DNA of 50,537 nucleotides, from positions 1 through 50,537 of the IMG/VR virus record IMGVR_UViG_3300017971_000360. One strand, given 5' to 3'. The position numbers and the translations under genes were made by a program. Shown here piece by piece: positions 27,830-36,860 of this stretch; positions within the stretch are counted from its first letter, which is position 1; every line of letters begins with the position of its first letter. The notes under the pieces were generated by a model. It was not told the DNA's origin. It was given only the letters and a program-made list of their open reading frames with translations, and did no database searches. This DNA comes from a virus. Its lineage: Duplodnaviria > Caudoviricetes.

Positions 27830-28291
27830 CTATGTTCCAGACTGAGTGTAATCAGACGGATAGTTTGAATCTGGGTCAATCATATCTGGCTGTGCATCAG
27901 TAATCTTGATGTCACTTTTCTGTGGCCGGATGTTCTTGATGTTGCGTTCAATTTCCAGATCATTCTCTCTCATTATTCGGATATATTCTGCCTCATCAAA
28001 TTTAACACGGTCCATCTGTGCTTTCTTTACAATTATCTTGCCGACCATCATTATGACAGTTCTCTTTGCACGGACTTTCATGGCCAGATTGTCATTGAAC
28101 CATTCCTCTGTACGAGAAACCCTGTCTAGGAATATGGTCTTTTCATCCTCTATCCAGCTACCGATGATGTCTTTTTCTTCCTCAGTGTCTCCTAAGATTC
28201 TCTCAATCAATCCACCGAATTCACTGTTGAGTATGTCAGATACCTTTACCAACAGCGTTGATGACTCTGTGGATTTTGTGAGTTCACCCAT
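27830..28291 (-). CDS. Head-tail adaptor-like protein
   Basis: Helical 153 aa ORF at the start of the neck module; gene order. Confidence 0.5.
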   Translation of the reverse strand: MGELTKSTESSTLLVKVSDILNSEFGGLIERILGDTEEEKDIIGSWIEDEKTIFLDRVSRTEEWFNDNLAMKVRAKRTVIMMVGKIIVKKAQMDRVKFDEAEYIRIMRENDLEIERNIKNIRPQKSDIKITDAQPDMIDPDSNYPSDYTQSGT

Positions 28292-31146
28292 TAGGGGCCC
28301 ACCGTCCTGTCAACGAAGCCGACTGGGAATCGATACTGATCCTTGTAGAATATGAACCGGTATGTGCCCGCATCCAGCTTGAATGAGTAGTTTCCATTCT
28401 CATCAGATACTCCTTGTCCGGGCGGTATCTTGGCAACAACCATCTCGCCACCTATCTTTGAATAGGCAGTAATTATGACGTCATCGAGCCTTGAGCCAGT
28501 TTCAGCATCTCTAAGGTATCCCTCCATGCTGTCTCCCCACTCTTGAAGGATGCCATCGCTATCGAACCAACCATCCTGATTTATGAGGAATTCTCCAAGT
28601 CCGAGACCGAGAACCTGATTGATATTGACCATTGTGGCAGGCTCATCCAAAAGCATCAGTGTGGTTTCTCTGTTGGTCGTGATTGAATCGATTGTAATTG
28701 CATGCTTGATGACCTTTGGCTCGGGAGTGTCTGTTGCTGCCACAATATAATTGTAACTGTAGAGACCAGTTGATATCAGGGTCATGGCAGTTGGTGAAAG
28801 CTCTGAGTTGCCTGCCCAATCATCAATCGCAATTGTCGGGGCCGAGTCAGGTGCAACCATGTTGAGCTCTTTGTCGTAGATGATTAACCGGAGTGGATAT
28901 ACATATGTCTGATAGACAGCAACTTTGTCTGCATGTGCAACATTCGATGAACCAAATGCGCCCCGTGTACAACCAGTCAGCTCATTTGTGGAAGTCGATA
29001 CAGTTCCAGTGATGTATTCACTTTCAATCTTGATTGCTACCTCATCACCATCTGCCCCGAGCTGTGTAACGTCAACAACCGCTATGGTCGTCTCAATATC
29101 TGTGATTCCACCCTCCTGATTGATTTCGGTCCGGCCCGATGGAACTACAAGATAATCTGGTGTCGATTTGACATCTGGCAACGCTTTCAGTGTTGTTGTC
29201 TGATCATTTATCTGTGTCGGAATAGTAACAGCAGTGTCTATCAAGATCGCATCTATCTCATCATCCTTTGATGTCTGAACAGACGAACCCATGATAAATT
29301 CATCTGGTCTCTTGTCATAGAGTGCAGTAACCTTGGATTGGATATCCTCAAGGTCTCCCTTTACATCAGAGACGATCGTTGAATTAGGCAAGACAAATGG
29401 CGAACTGCCACCCTCTGTGAAACCAAACTCGATATTCAGATGTTCCTCTGTTTCTGCATCGGATACTTTGTAATAGAGGTCGAATCTACCAACACCGAGA
29501 CGAACCATCTTTCTCCATCCAGATGCTGGTGGGAAATTAACAGTGTCCGTTGGGTTATCGAGAAGGTTTGACAGTGCATTCTCCTTGTACATATTGGCCG
29601 TTATGAATGTTCCATCATCCTTGAAAACTCTGACAAGAATCTCTTGGTTGTCTGGGTCTTCTGGCCCACTTCCATCGAGTGCATATAGATTTGCTGCCCA
29701 ACGATAAGCCTTGTCTCCACTGTCTGGTTTCTGCATCCAAGGAGGCACAGACATTTTCAACCGGACATTGCTACCAACGGCGGTTATCGCATCATATATC
29801 TCTGTGTGGTCCCTGTCATCAGCACCATCGAGCTGGTCAACAGCAGCATCAATCTTGTCCTCAACGAGTGACTGATCAGCTGGGTCTGTTGGTAGACGTG
29901 CATCCATAGCAGCAGTGTCGGCAAGAATGGCATCTATTTCGTCATCTTTGGATGTGGTAACGGACGACCCCATGATATTGTCATCTGGGAGCTTGCCCTG
30001 TATTTCATTTGTATCTGCCAAGATTGCTGTAACGTCTGTCTGAACAGCATCTATCTTTGTCTCGTTTGCATTTACCTCTGCGATTATGTTGGACTCCGCA
30101 GTATCGAGTTCTGCCTTTGTCGGTGGATCGTAATCGGTGAGTGCTTGGTCTGCCTCTGAATTGACATCTGCTTTCTCTTGAGCTGACAGTGGTAATGTGC
30201 TATCTTTTGCCTTGATGTGAGCATGGACATTGTTTGTTGTGAATGCAAGCTGGTCTGTCTGCGATTTGACACCCTGCAATTGACCTCCGGTGGCAGCAGT
30301 CTTTGTACCGTCGACTCCAAGAGCGTCTCTTATCTGTTCCCTCTCGGCAGCAGACCAATCAACTATGGCACCAGATGTGGCAATCGCCTCAAGGCTGTCA
30401 GTGGATGAATCGTAAGTCTGGCTACCATCTTTGTTCATTAATCTGTCTGCGAATGAACCGTCAAACAGTGATGATGGCGAACCCATGTCGGCGTCAAAGA
30501 GCTTGTCCGTGTCTGCCTTGATTGCATCTATCTCGTCATCCTTGTCTGATTTCGTAGACGAACCCATTATGTTGTTGGTCGGAAGCTTACCCTGCATCTC
30601 ATTTGTATCGACCTCTATGGCCTGAACTCTTGGCTGCATATCTGCGGTGTCAACGAGAATTGAATCAACAACAGTGTCGATTGTATCAACGCTTGACTGA
30701 TCGGCAACATCATCAATTGAGAACTCAATCTCAAGGACTGCTTGGATAGTCAAGTTCTCTCCACCAACAGATGCATTAAATCCAAGAAGCTGAACATCGT
30801 AAGTTCCAGTTGCTGTGATTGCTGCCTTCACATCAAGATCACAAGTGTATTCTCTCGTAACAGATTCATCATTTGTCCAAAGAGCCTTGGCTGCCGTTCC
30901 TACATGGGCGTTTGTCCATGTTCCAGATGTTGAAAGTTTGATTTGAAAATTACCATTATCTTGATATGTCGCAGAAATCCCACGAAACCAGAATACAATG
31001 GTTAAGATTGCTCTCTCAACAGTTGCCCCAGATGGAATTGTGACATTCGCAATCTGTAAACCAGTTAGATTCTGGTTCCCACTCGATAGATTCCAATCTT
31101 CGTGAATGCTTGAAAATTTCCTTACGAAATGCCTCTTGCTTGCCAT
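28291..31146 (-). CDS. Large acidic fibre-like virion protein with internal repeats
   Basis: Three IMGSS...KDDEIDAI..DT repeats; C-terminal G.SDENGNYSF.LDAGTY (carboxypeptidase-regulatory-like). Confidence 0.65.
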   Translation of the reverse strand: MASKRHFVRKFSSIHEDWNLSSGNQNLTGLQIANVTIPSGATVERAILTIVFWFRGISATYQDNGNFQIKLSTSGTWTNAHVGTAAKALWTNDESVTREYTCDLDVKAAITATGTYDVQLLGFNASVGGENLTIQAVLEIEFSIDDVADQSSVDTIDTVVDSILVDTADMQPRVQAIEVDTNEMQGKLPTNNIMGSSTKSDKDDEIDAIKADTDKLFDADMGSPSSLFDGSFADRLMNKDGSQTYDSSTDSLEAIATSGAIVDWSAAEREQIRDALGVDGTKTAATGGQLQGVKSQTDQLAFTTNNVHAHIKAKDSTLPLSAQEKADVNSEADQALTDYDPPTKAELDTAESNIIAEVNANETKIDAVQTDVTAILADTNEIQGKLPDDNIMGSSVTTSKDDEIDAILADTAAMDARLPTDPADQSLVEDKIDAAVDQLDGADDRDHTEIYDAITAVGSNVRLKMSVPPWMQKPDSGDKAYRWAANLYALDGSGPEDPDNQEILVRVFKDDGTFITANMYKENALSNLLDNPTDTVNFPPASGWRKMVRLGVGRFDLYYKVSDAETEEHLNIEFGFTEGGSSPFVLPNSTIVSDVKGDLEDIQSKVTALYDKRPDEFIMGSSVQTSKDDEIDAILIDTAVTIPTQINDQTTTLKALPDVKSTPDYLVVPSGRTEINQEGGITDIETTIAVVDVTQLGADGDEVAIKIESEYITGTVSTSTNELTGCTRGAFGSSNVAHADKVAVYQTYVYPLRLIIYDKELNMVAPDSAPTIAIDDWAGNSELSPTAMTLISTGLYSYNYIVAATDTPEPKVIKHAITIDSITTNRETTLMLLDEPATMVNINQVLGLGLGEFLINQDGWFDSDGILQEWGDSMEGYLRDAETGSRLDDVIITAYSKIGGEMVVAKIPPGQGVSDENGNYSFKLDAGTYRFIFYKDQYRFPVGFVDRTVGP

Positions 31147-31157
31147 GTTCTCATCTC

Positions 31158-31490
31158 CTAAATATATTCTGCAAGTTTCAATATTAATATTATGATTGCC
31201 CCTATGAGGCCACCGCCACTCGCTCCAACGGCTATCTCTCCTTTCTTCCTTCCAACCCTCTGCCTGAATGTTTCTGAGTAATGTGGCATGTGGTGTTTCT
31301 TCTTGTTTTTCACATGCTCAATGATTATTCTCTCCGTGACCTTTCCTTTTTTCTCAACCTGCCTGATTCTCTGTTCGTGGTTTTCCATCTTGACTGCTCC
31401 GTTCTTCATATCTTCCTTTATTTCTTTGACATCGGTTTTGATTTCCTTTAGGTTGTCATTAATCATCTGAAGCGGAGTAGGGTCGGCCAT
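31158..31490 (-). CDS. Coiled-coil protein with C-terminal TM helix (holin/XhlA-like)
   Basis: LKEIKTDVKEIK...HEQRIRQVE; GGLIGAIIILILKL. Confidence 0.55.
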   Translation of the reverse strand: MADPTPLQMINDNLKEIKTDVKEIKEDMKNGAVKMENHEQRIRQVEKKGKVTERIIIEHVKNKKKHHMPHYSETFRQRVGRKKGEIAVGASGGGLIGAIIILILKLAEYI

Positions 31491-31603
31491 CAGGCAACCT
31501 CCTGAATGTCTGTTGAGCCACAAAGAAGGCACTCACCAGCAACAATCTCATCATCATCCATCTCCATCTCAGCCTTGCATACATTACACAACATCTCTGG
31601 CAC
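31490..31603 (-). CDS. Zn-ribbon micro-protein (37 aa, CNVC...CLLCGSTDI)
   Basis: GGAGGTGA RBS, GTG start; coupled at both ends. Confidence 0.6.
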   Translation of the reverse strand: MPEMLCNVCKAEMEMDDDEIVAGECLLCGSTDIQEVA

Positions 31604-31926
31604 TATCTCACCTCCCAAAGATATTCAACCCCAACTGAATTTAGATTTGGATTGTCATCAACTTCAAATGTGGTGTCGGTTATTGTAATTCCATTTCCAC
31701 CACCAATTTTGAATGACCTCATAGAGATTCCAGTCTGACCGCCAGCAACCTGTCCGTGACCAACGCAATCGTGACCATCGTGTTTCTTTATTTCTAGTTT
31801 CCCATCAGCAGTCGTTATCTTGACAATCTTAGGTCTACGACCTATTTCAATCGTCTGACCTGTTCCATTTCCAGTGTAAGTGCCAGAGACTTCAAGACTG
31901 TTAAGATACTTCTTACTGATTGGCAT
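31603..31926 (-). CDS. Small fibre-associated structural protein
   Basis: SGTYTGNGTGQTIEIGRRPKIV motif common in virion fibre domains. Confidence 0.6.
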   Translation of the reverse strand: MPISKKYLNSLEVSGTYTGNGTGQTIEIGRRPKIVKITTADGKLEIKKHDGHDCVGHGQVAGGQTGISMRSFKIGGGNGITITDTTFEVDDNPNLNSVGVEYLWEVR

Positions 31927-31930
31927 TTAA

Positions 31931-32047
31931 TCACTCCTGAGTGGATTCGATGTTTGTCCCACTGCATGAAGGACATGTTGTTGGCTCTGTGTCACTTATC
32001 CACATGCAAGTACATTCTCCATCTAGACATTTATTATTCCAAGGCAT
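31931..32047 (-). CDS. Zn-ribbon micro-protein (38 aa, C....C.C...CPSCSGTNI)
   Basis: TAATG overlap; GGAG RBS; fills the gap. Confidence 0.6.
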   Translation of the reverse strand: MPWNNKCLDGECTCMWISDTEPTTCPSCSGTNIESTQE

Positions 32048-32625
32048 TATACCAACTCCGTATCGATTTCAAGTTGTATACCTGAGAAACCAGTCCCTGA
32101 CCCAGAATTACTACTCATGTGCAATGATAGCAGGTCTCCATCTGAGAATGATATGTCTCCAGTTCCTCTGAATTGACCAGTGGAATCGACAGTTACTGTA
32201 AGGCCCGTATCGACACCATTTTTTCTTACGGTCAGGATTGTTGTTGATGCAGCATTGTAACAATATCCATTTATAGCCTTCAATTTGGATGCTGGCATTC
32301 TTACCTGAGCCTCGGCTTCAGTTGATGTGATGGCTGGAGCATTTCCTATCTCGGCATACACATTTTGATTTCCACCAAGGAGGCCGTTGTCGGTTCCCCA
32401 TATCTGTAAAATGCTCTTTGCATGCGTATAAGAACCACTTCCTGTCAGTTCTGCCCAGACAGCAGCCCCCTCAGTGTTATCAACGCACTGAAACACTTTA
32501 TCGTTCGTGGTGTTAATCCATCTGGACATTGTTGTATATCCACCAGTAATATCATCGTCTACTGTCGGATCAGATGTAGATTCATGGATGCAAACACAAC
32601 CACCATGAGCACATTTGTGAGTCAT
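32047..32625 (-). CDS. Fibre-like structural protein
   Basis: DPTVDDD..GY...SRWINT....F.C.D...GAAVW module plus beta-sandwich C-terminus. Confidence 0.6.
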   Translation of the reverse strand: MTHKCAHGGCVCIHESTSDPTVDDDITGGYTTMSRWINTTNDKVFQCVDNTEGAAVWAELTGSGSYTHAKSILQIWGTDNGLLGGNQNVYAEIGNAPAITSTEAEAQVRMPASKLKAINGYCYNAASTTILTVRKNGVDTGLTVTVDSTGQFRGTGDISFSDGDLLSLHMSSNSGSGTGFSGIQLEIDTELV

Positions 32626-33179
32626 TATGCAACCCTCCATGCTTTAATTCGACATCTGCGAATCTTTGCATCACATCCAGAATCACTTGACCTAAATGAA
32701 ATATCTATTCGGTGGGCTGCCGCCGTGAGTGTTAGTTTCTTGAAGCCAGATGTCATTTGATATTCGTTTGAATTCTCTGGTTCGTGAGAATCATAATTTA
32801 GCTCTGTTCCAGCCTGTGGTGTGCCGCCATTGTCAAGCTCAACGATTGCATTTATTTCCTCAGATGTGTCATCGGTTGTCCTCTCGTAAGTATATTCAAC
32901 AATGTAATCGCCAGCCTCTGGTGGAGTCCACTGTAATGATGCTCCTGTCTTCAACACATAAGATGTCGTGCCATTGATTTGTTCCCCCTCACTTTCAACA
33001 TACTGAAAGTCACAACCGAAGATGGATGTTTCCTCTATCCAAGCTGTGTTTGCAGCATTTCTGAAATAAAGCTTGTTCTGGTCAGTTCTGTGGAATCCCT
33101 GGCATGCTATTGGACTTGCTGGAAAAGATGTGCCTTTCCCATAGACAACCGTCTTGTCTTCTTCTACATTCGTCACCAT
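32625..33179 (-). CDS. Fibre-like structural protein
   Basis: GTSFPASP...FHRTDQNKLY....W module. Confidence 0.6.
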   Translation of the reverse strand: MVTNVEEDKTVVYGKGTSFPASPIACQGFHRTDQNKLYFRNAANTAWIEETSIFGCDFQYVESEGEQINGTTSYVLKTGASLQWTPPEAGDYIVEYTYERTTDDTSEEINAIVELDNGGTPQAGTELNYDSHEPENSNEYQMTSGFKKLTLTAAAHRIDISFRSSDSGCDAKIRRCRIKAWRVA

Positions 33180-35596
33180 TCTATAACACCCCCTGATGTT
33201 CTTGCACTTCCCCCACCGGTTTTCTTAACCTGTAAATGCCACAGTGCTTGTCCCGTAGGAAGGTTTGATAGAGTTCCGAGGTCGATTATCTGCTCTGCGG
33301 TGTTTGTTTTGCCAGTGGTTTCACATATGACGGCATCGCCGTTTGTCTTATCGATTATTCTTAAATCGTAGCTTGTGCCACCGCCAGCCATGAAAGCATT
33401 TACATATATTTTTGATGGAGTGCCCATCTTTGTTGTTCCCTGGAATGTGATTGAAAGGTGCTTTACATACGCAGAATCTGAAGACTGTAGTTCGTCACCA
33501 CCGAATCCCTGAGTCTTCTGTCCTTGCAATCCAGAGTAATTCGCAAGTTTATCTGGTGTTATGAACTTTGTATCATCACTTCCAGCATCTGTCTCAGCCT
33601 GCGTGGCTATCTCTGCAATTCCGAGGGCTGATTCTGTGGCCTGTACGGGCCTGTCGTGATTGAGCGGATTTGAATCGCCTTTGACCCCCATTGCTGTAAC
33701 GGCCTCACCATCTGTGTATTTGGCGTGGTGTGCGGCAGCTATTGCTGCATGAGTTGATATGGCAGTGTTTCTGGCTCCTTGTGTATCTGCATCTGTGTCT
33801 GCTGCTGGATCGTCAACATTCGTAATCTTGTTGCCATCCATGTCCATACCAGATAGTTGGAAAGCCTTTCCGCTTCCATCACGAACAGTTCCCTGGACAT
33901 CACTGAATCCAGAAAGGTCAGAAAATACAGAACCACTTAGTTCAGTGTCTCTGAATCTCGCAGTCGTGACAGAGGGCGCTCCGGTTCCGGCGTTGTCTGT
34001 CCAATCATCGACATAGCACTCTTCACAGGTAACATCAGCCACAGTGCAAGTAGCACTCTCCTTGAGAACATCGACATTAACATTATCAAGTACAAGGTAT
34101 ACATTATCTCCATATTCTATTTGAGAGAAATTCGCAGAACTGTAAATACCTTCGTGAGCTCGGATAGAAACCAGGGCATTGTCTGGAACAGTTGCCGTGT
34201 ATGTCGGGAAATTCGTTGCATCGACATCTATCTGTATCATGCCGAAACCAAGAGCCACACCAACGGTAATCGCCTTGTTGACTGTCAGGAACGGCTCAAA
34301 TATAGAGCCATCGTGGAGTGTGTCACTACCTCTAAGGTCAGACACATATATAATTGGGAATTGTGAACTGAATGGTGGTGTGAAAGCATCGACATATGCC
34401 TTTGTAGCTGCATCTTGTGGATTTGTCGGGTCTGCCATATCTGTAATCTGGCTACTATTCATCACAACTGGCTGGAAGAAATTGTATTCTTCGACTCCAC
34501 TTTTCAGATCGAGATATGTTCCAAAAAATGAGTTCATGTTCTTGATGTCGGTCAAACCAGCAGCAACACCAATTGCATTTGAAAAGACTCCATCGAGATT
34601 TGAGGCAGCACCAGTTCCAGCATTGTCTCTTATTTTACTAATATAAGATTCTTCTCCATAGATGGTGCCACTAGAGATTCCAGATTCCTCATATATCTCA
34701 ACGAAGACATTATCGTGATTTACAACAGCCCCATCTCCGACATAAATTTTCACTATGCAAAGCTGGGTCAAAAGTGGCTCATTTCCGTATACAGAAACCT
34801 TCTCACCAGCAGGAACATTTATGGTATATGTTGTGGCACTCCGAGTGTCCATATGAAGTATTATTACCCCGTCTCCATTTGAAACTCCAAGAGCTATGGC
34901 ATCATTTGGGTCCTCAAATGGATTGAATATTGAACCGTCCTCGTCTGAGTTTCCACCACGATCATCAGAAACATAGTATCCAATGGCTTGTCTCGGTTCT
35001 CGAATTCTGTGATATGGAACAGCATCATTATCATTCGTGCAGTCTGCAAGATTAATGGCCTTGTTGCTATTGAGGTCAAAATCTGTATCAATCGTGTGCG
35101 CTGCAACAGACCAATTTCTATTCAGAAGTGTTGCATGGTTTAGCATAGAGCTGAAATCGCCCCATGTTGTCCCATTGAAAATCCATGCCTTGTTTGGTTC
35201 CACACCGTCTTCAATAACGGCCCAACCGTCTTCAGGAGTCTGAATGTCCCATTGGGATGTTCCAGAGTTCCATCGGCAAATGTCATTTGCAGTAACGGCC
35301 TGTGTTGTTGATGGAATGGTCCCTGTTTCGGTGGAGATGTAACTATCACCATCTGATGGGCTACCGGGCTCATTCGTCACCATAGCACGGAACTCTATGA
35401 TGTTATCTTGCCAGTGCATACCTGCTTGCACGGAAGCTATCTCATCATCGACATATTGCTTGTCTGCCAACGGATTTGATGCTGATATGGAATTGGGCGT
35501 ATTGGCAAGCGCATCATATCCATCACCCGAATGAGCTGTAGCATCTAACAGGTCATGCCTTTTAGCATGAAAGTGTCCATCACCACCAGCACCCAT
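33173..35596 (-). CDS. Mosaic fibre/adhesin protein
   Basis: DUF2793-like PGSPSDGDSYI...P.DGW; ADPTNPQDAATKAYVD neck motifs; two YVSD.RG...DGSIF.PF units; ATES..GIAEIATQAE...FITP fibre repeat. Confidence 0.7.
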   Translation of the reverse strand: MGAGGDGHFHAKRHDLLDATAHSGDGYDALANTPNSISASNPLADKQYVDDEIASVQAGMHWQDNIIEFRAMVTNEPGSPSDGDSYISTETGTIPSTTQAVTANDICRWNSGTSQWDIQTPEDGWAVIEDGVEPNKAWIFNGTTWGDFSSMLNHATLLNRNWSVAAHTIDTDFDLNSNKAINLADCTNDNDAVPYHRIREPRQAIGYYVSDDRGGNSDEDGSIFNPFEDPNDAIALGVSNGDGVIILHMDTRSATTYTINVPAGEKVSVYGNEPLLTQLCIVKIYVGDGAVVNHDNVFVEIYEESGISSGTIYGEESYISKIRDNAGTGAASNLDGVFSNAIGVAAGLTDIKNMNSFFGTYLDLKSGVEEYNFFQPVVMNSSQITDMADPTNPQDAATKAYVDAFTPPFSSQFPIIYVSDLRGSDTLHDGSIFEPFLTVNKAITVGVALGFGMIQIDVDATNFPTYTATVPDNALVSIRAHEGIYSSANFSQIEYGDNVYLVLDNVNVDVLKESATCTVADVTCEECYVDDWTDNAGTGAPSVTTARFRDTELSGSVFSDLSGFSDVQGTVRDGSGKAFQLSGMDMDGNKITNVDDPAADTDADTQGARNTAISTHAAIAAAHHAKYTDGEAVTAMGVKGDSNPLNHDRPVQATESALGIAEIATQAETDAGSDDTKFITPDKLANYSGLQGQKTQGFGGDELQSSDSAYVKHLSITFQGTTKMGTPSKIYVNAFMAGGGTSYDLRIIDKTNGDAVICETTGKTNTAEQIIDLGTLSNLPTGQALWHLQVKKTGGGSARTSGGVIEW

Positions 35597-35600
35597 CAAA

Positions 35601-36185
35601 TCACTCCCTGTAGAAACTGAATGAGACACCATCATCATCGCTAACGGCATCTATCCAGTGGGTGTTCAAATCGAGGCGGCTGAATTGATCTGCAGAAATT
35701 ACAGTTGTTTCGCCAGGAGTAAGTTCTTCTCCCTTCCCATCTTCAACATTCGATCCACCTACCCATATGCTGTCTGAATTTCCAGATAGTGCTTGGACCC
35801 GTATTTTTCTGCATAGAATGTCAAGTATGATATTGCCATCAACAGTTCCATCTGGTACATCCTCTGAGACTTCAATCAGAGTTGAACCACCAGATTCCTC
35901 AACAGAAACAACGGTGTAATCACCATCATTTCCAGTGCTACCCACGACTGTTATTATGTCATTTTCGTCTATGTAGTCTGTGTAATCACCAGAAATAGTG
36001 AATACCTTTGTAGTGTCGTTGACATCTGTGATGGCTAATGGCAGAAGTCTCTCTGCAGTTCCAGCAGAAGCAACAGTCTTGCTTCCACTGACAGGTGAGA
36101 TTTTGCGTGGGTTTGCCATCCTGACCAGAGCCTTCTGATCTATCGGGTATTTCTTTGTGGTTGTCGCAGGAGACTTCTCTGCCAT
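35601..36185 (-). CDS. Virion protein with inserted STGNDG beta domain
   Basis: Late operon; domain shared with the tail protein at 21440-23809. Confidence 0.65.
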   Translation of the reverse strand: MAEKSPATTTKKYPIDQKALVRMANPRKISPVSGSKTVASAGTAERLLPLAITDVNDTTKVFTISGDYTDYIDENDIITVVGSTGNDGDYTVVSVEESGGSTLIEVSEDVPDGTVDGNIILDILCRKIRVQALSGNSDSIWVGGSNVEDGKGEELTPGETTVISADQFSRLDLNTHWIDAVSDDDGVSFSFYRE

Positions 36186-36186
36186 C

Positions 36187-36789
36187 TTACTCACCTGCCT
36201 TCTTTGCGAGTGCCTCAACAATGGCCTTCTTTATGGCCCCAGTCTTTGCACTCCGGTTGATGTCTATACCAGTGTACTGTTCAACCTCAAGGGCATATGC
36301 CTGCAGGTCTCCATAGTTTGTGATTTTGGACAAGTCCTTGACCACGAATTCTGGCGTTTCATCATCTTTCTTTTCTTCCTCGTCAGAGCCTTCACCAGTC
36401 TGTTCATCTGCATCAATCAGCTTTTCAACATAATCTGTCACATCGGTCGTTTCACCAGCAGTTTCATTATCTTTTTCTGGTTCAGGCGGTTGTTCTGGAA
36501 CTGGATCAGGATCTGGGCTGTCACCTGTTTGGTCCTCTGGTTCTGGCTCTTTCTCGGACTCGAGCATTTCGATAAACTCATTCTCAATCGATTCTGTGAG
36601 ATTAACGACCTTACGGAGCTGTGGGAGGGTTGTAATCTCGACCAGCTCAAAGTTCTTGGTGTTCAGGCCATCTATAAAGACCCTCGACCTCTCTATCTCC
36701 TCTGTGACAAAGAACAAGTTACCCTTGTACATCTTCAAATCGAGTTTGCTGTCCTCGAAACTTGCGTAATTGCATCTTGCGAACTTCAT
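36187..36789 (-). CDS. Acidic protein with C-terminal Rho-N/HeH-like helical motif
   Basis: E/D/P-rich linker; YGDLQAYA...I.RSAK..AIKKAI; directly downstream of MCP. Confidence 0.55.
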   Translation of the reverse strand: MKFARCNYASFEDSKLDLKMYKGNLFFVTEEIERSRVFIDGLNTKNFELVEITTLPQLRKVVNLTESIENEFIEMLESEKEPEPEDQTGDSPDPDPVPEQPPEPEKDNETAGETTDVTDYVEKLIDADEQTGEGSDEEEKKDDETPEFVVKDLSKITNYGDLQAYALEVEQYTGIDINRSAKTGAIKKAIVEALAKKAGE

Positions 36790-36834
36790 TTTTTCATCTC
36801 CTTTCTTGATTTGGGGTCCCGAATTTGGGCTTTA

Positions 36835-36850
36835 ATAAAAAGGAAAAGTA
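36835..36850 (-). terminator. T-rich terminator candidate after major capsid gene
   Basis: Minus strand reads cttttcc followed by a T run just after the MCP stop. Confidence 0.45.
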
Positions 36851-36860
36851 GGGCGGATGA

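Noticed and set aside
22770-36040. Diversity-generating retroelement TR/VR pair
   Set aside because: No reverse transcriptase; both copies are in-frame coding and differences are not adenine-specific
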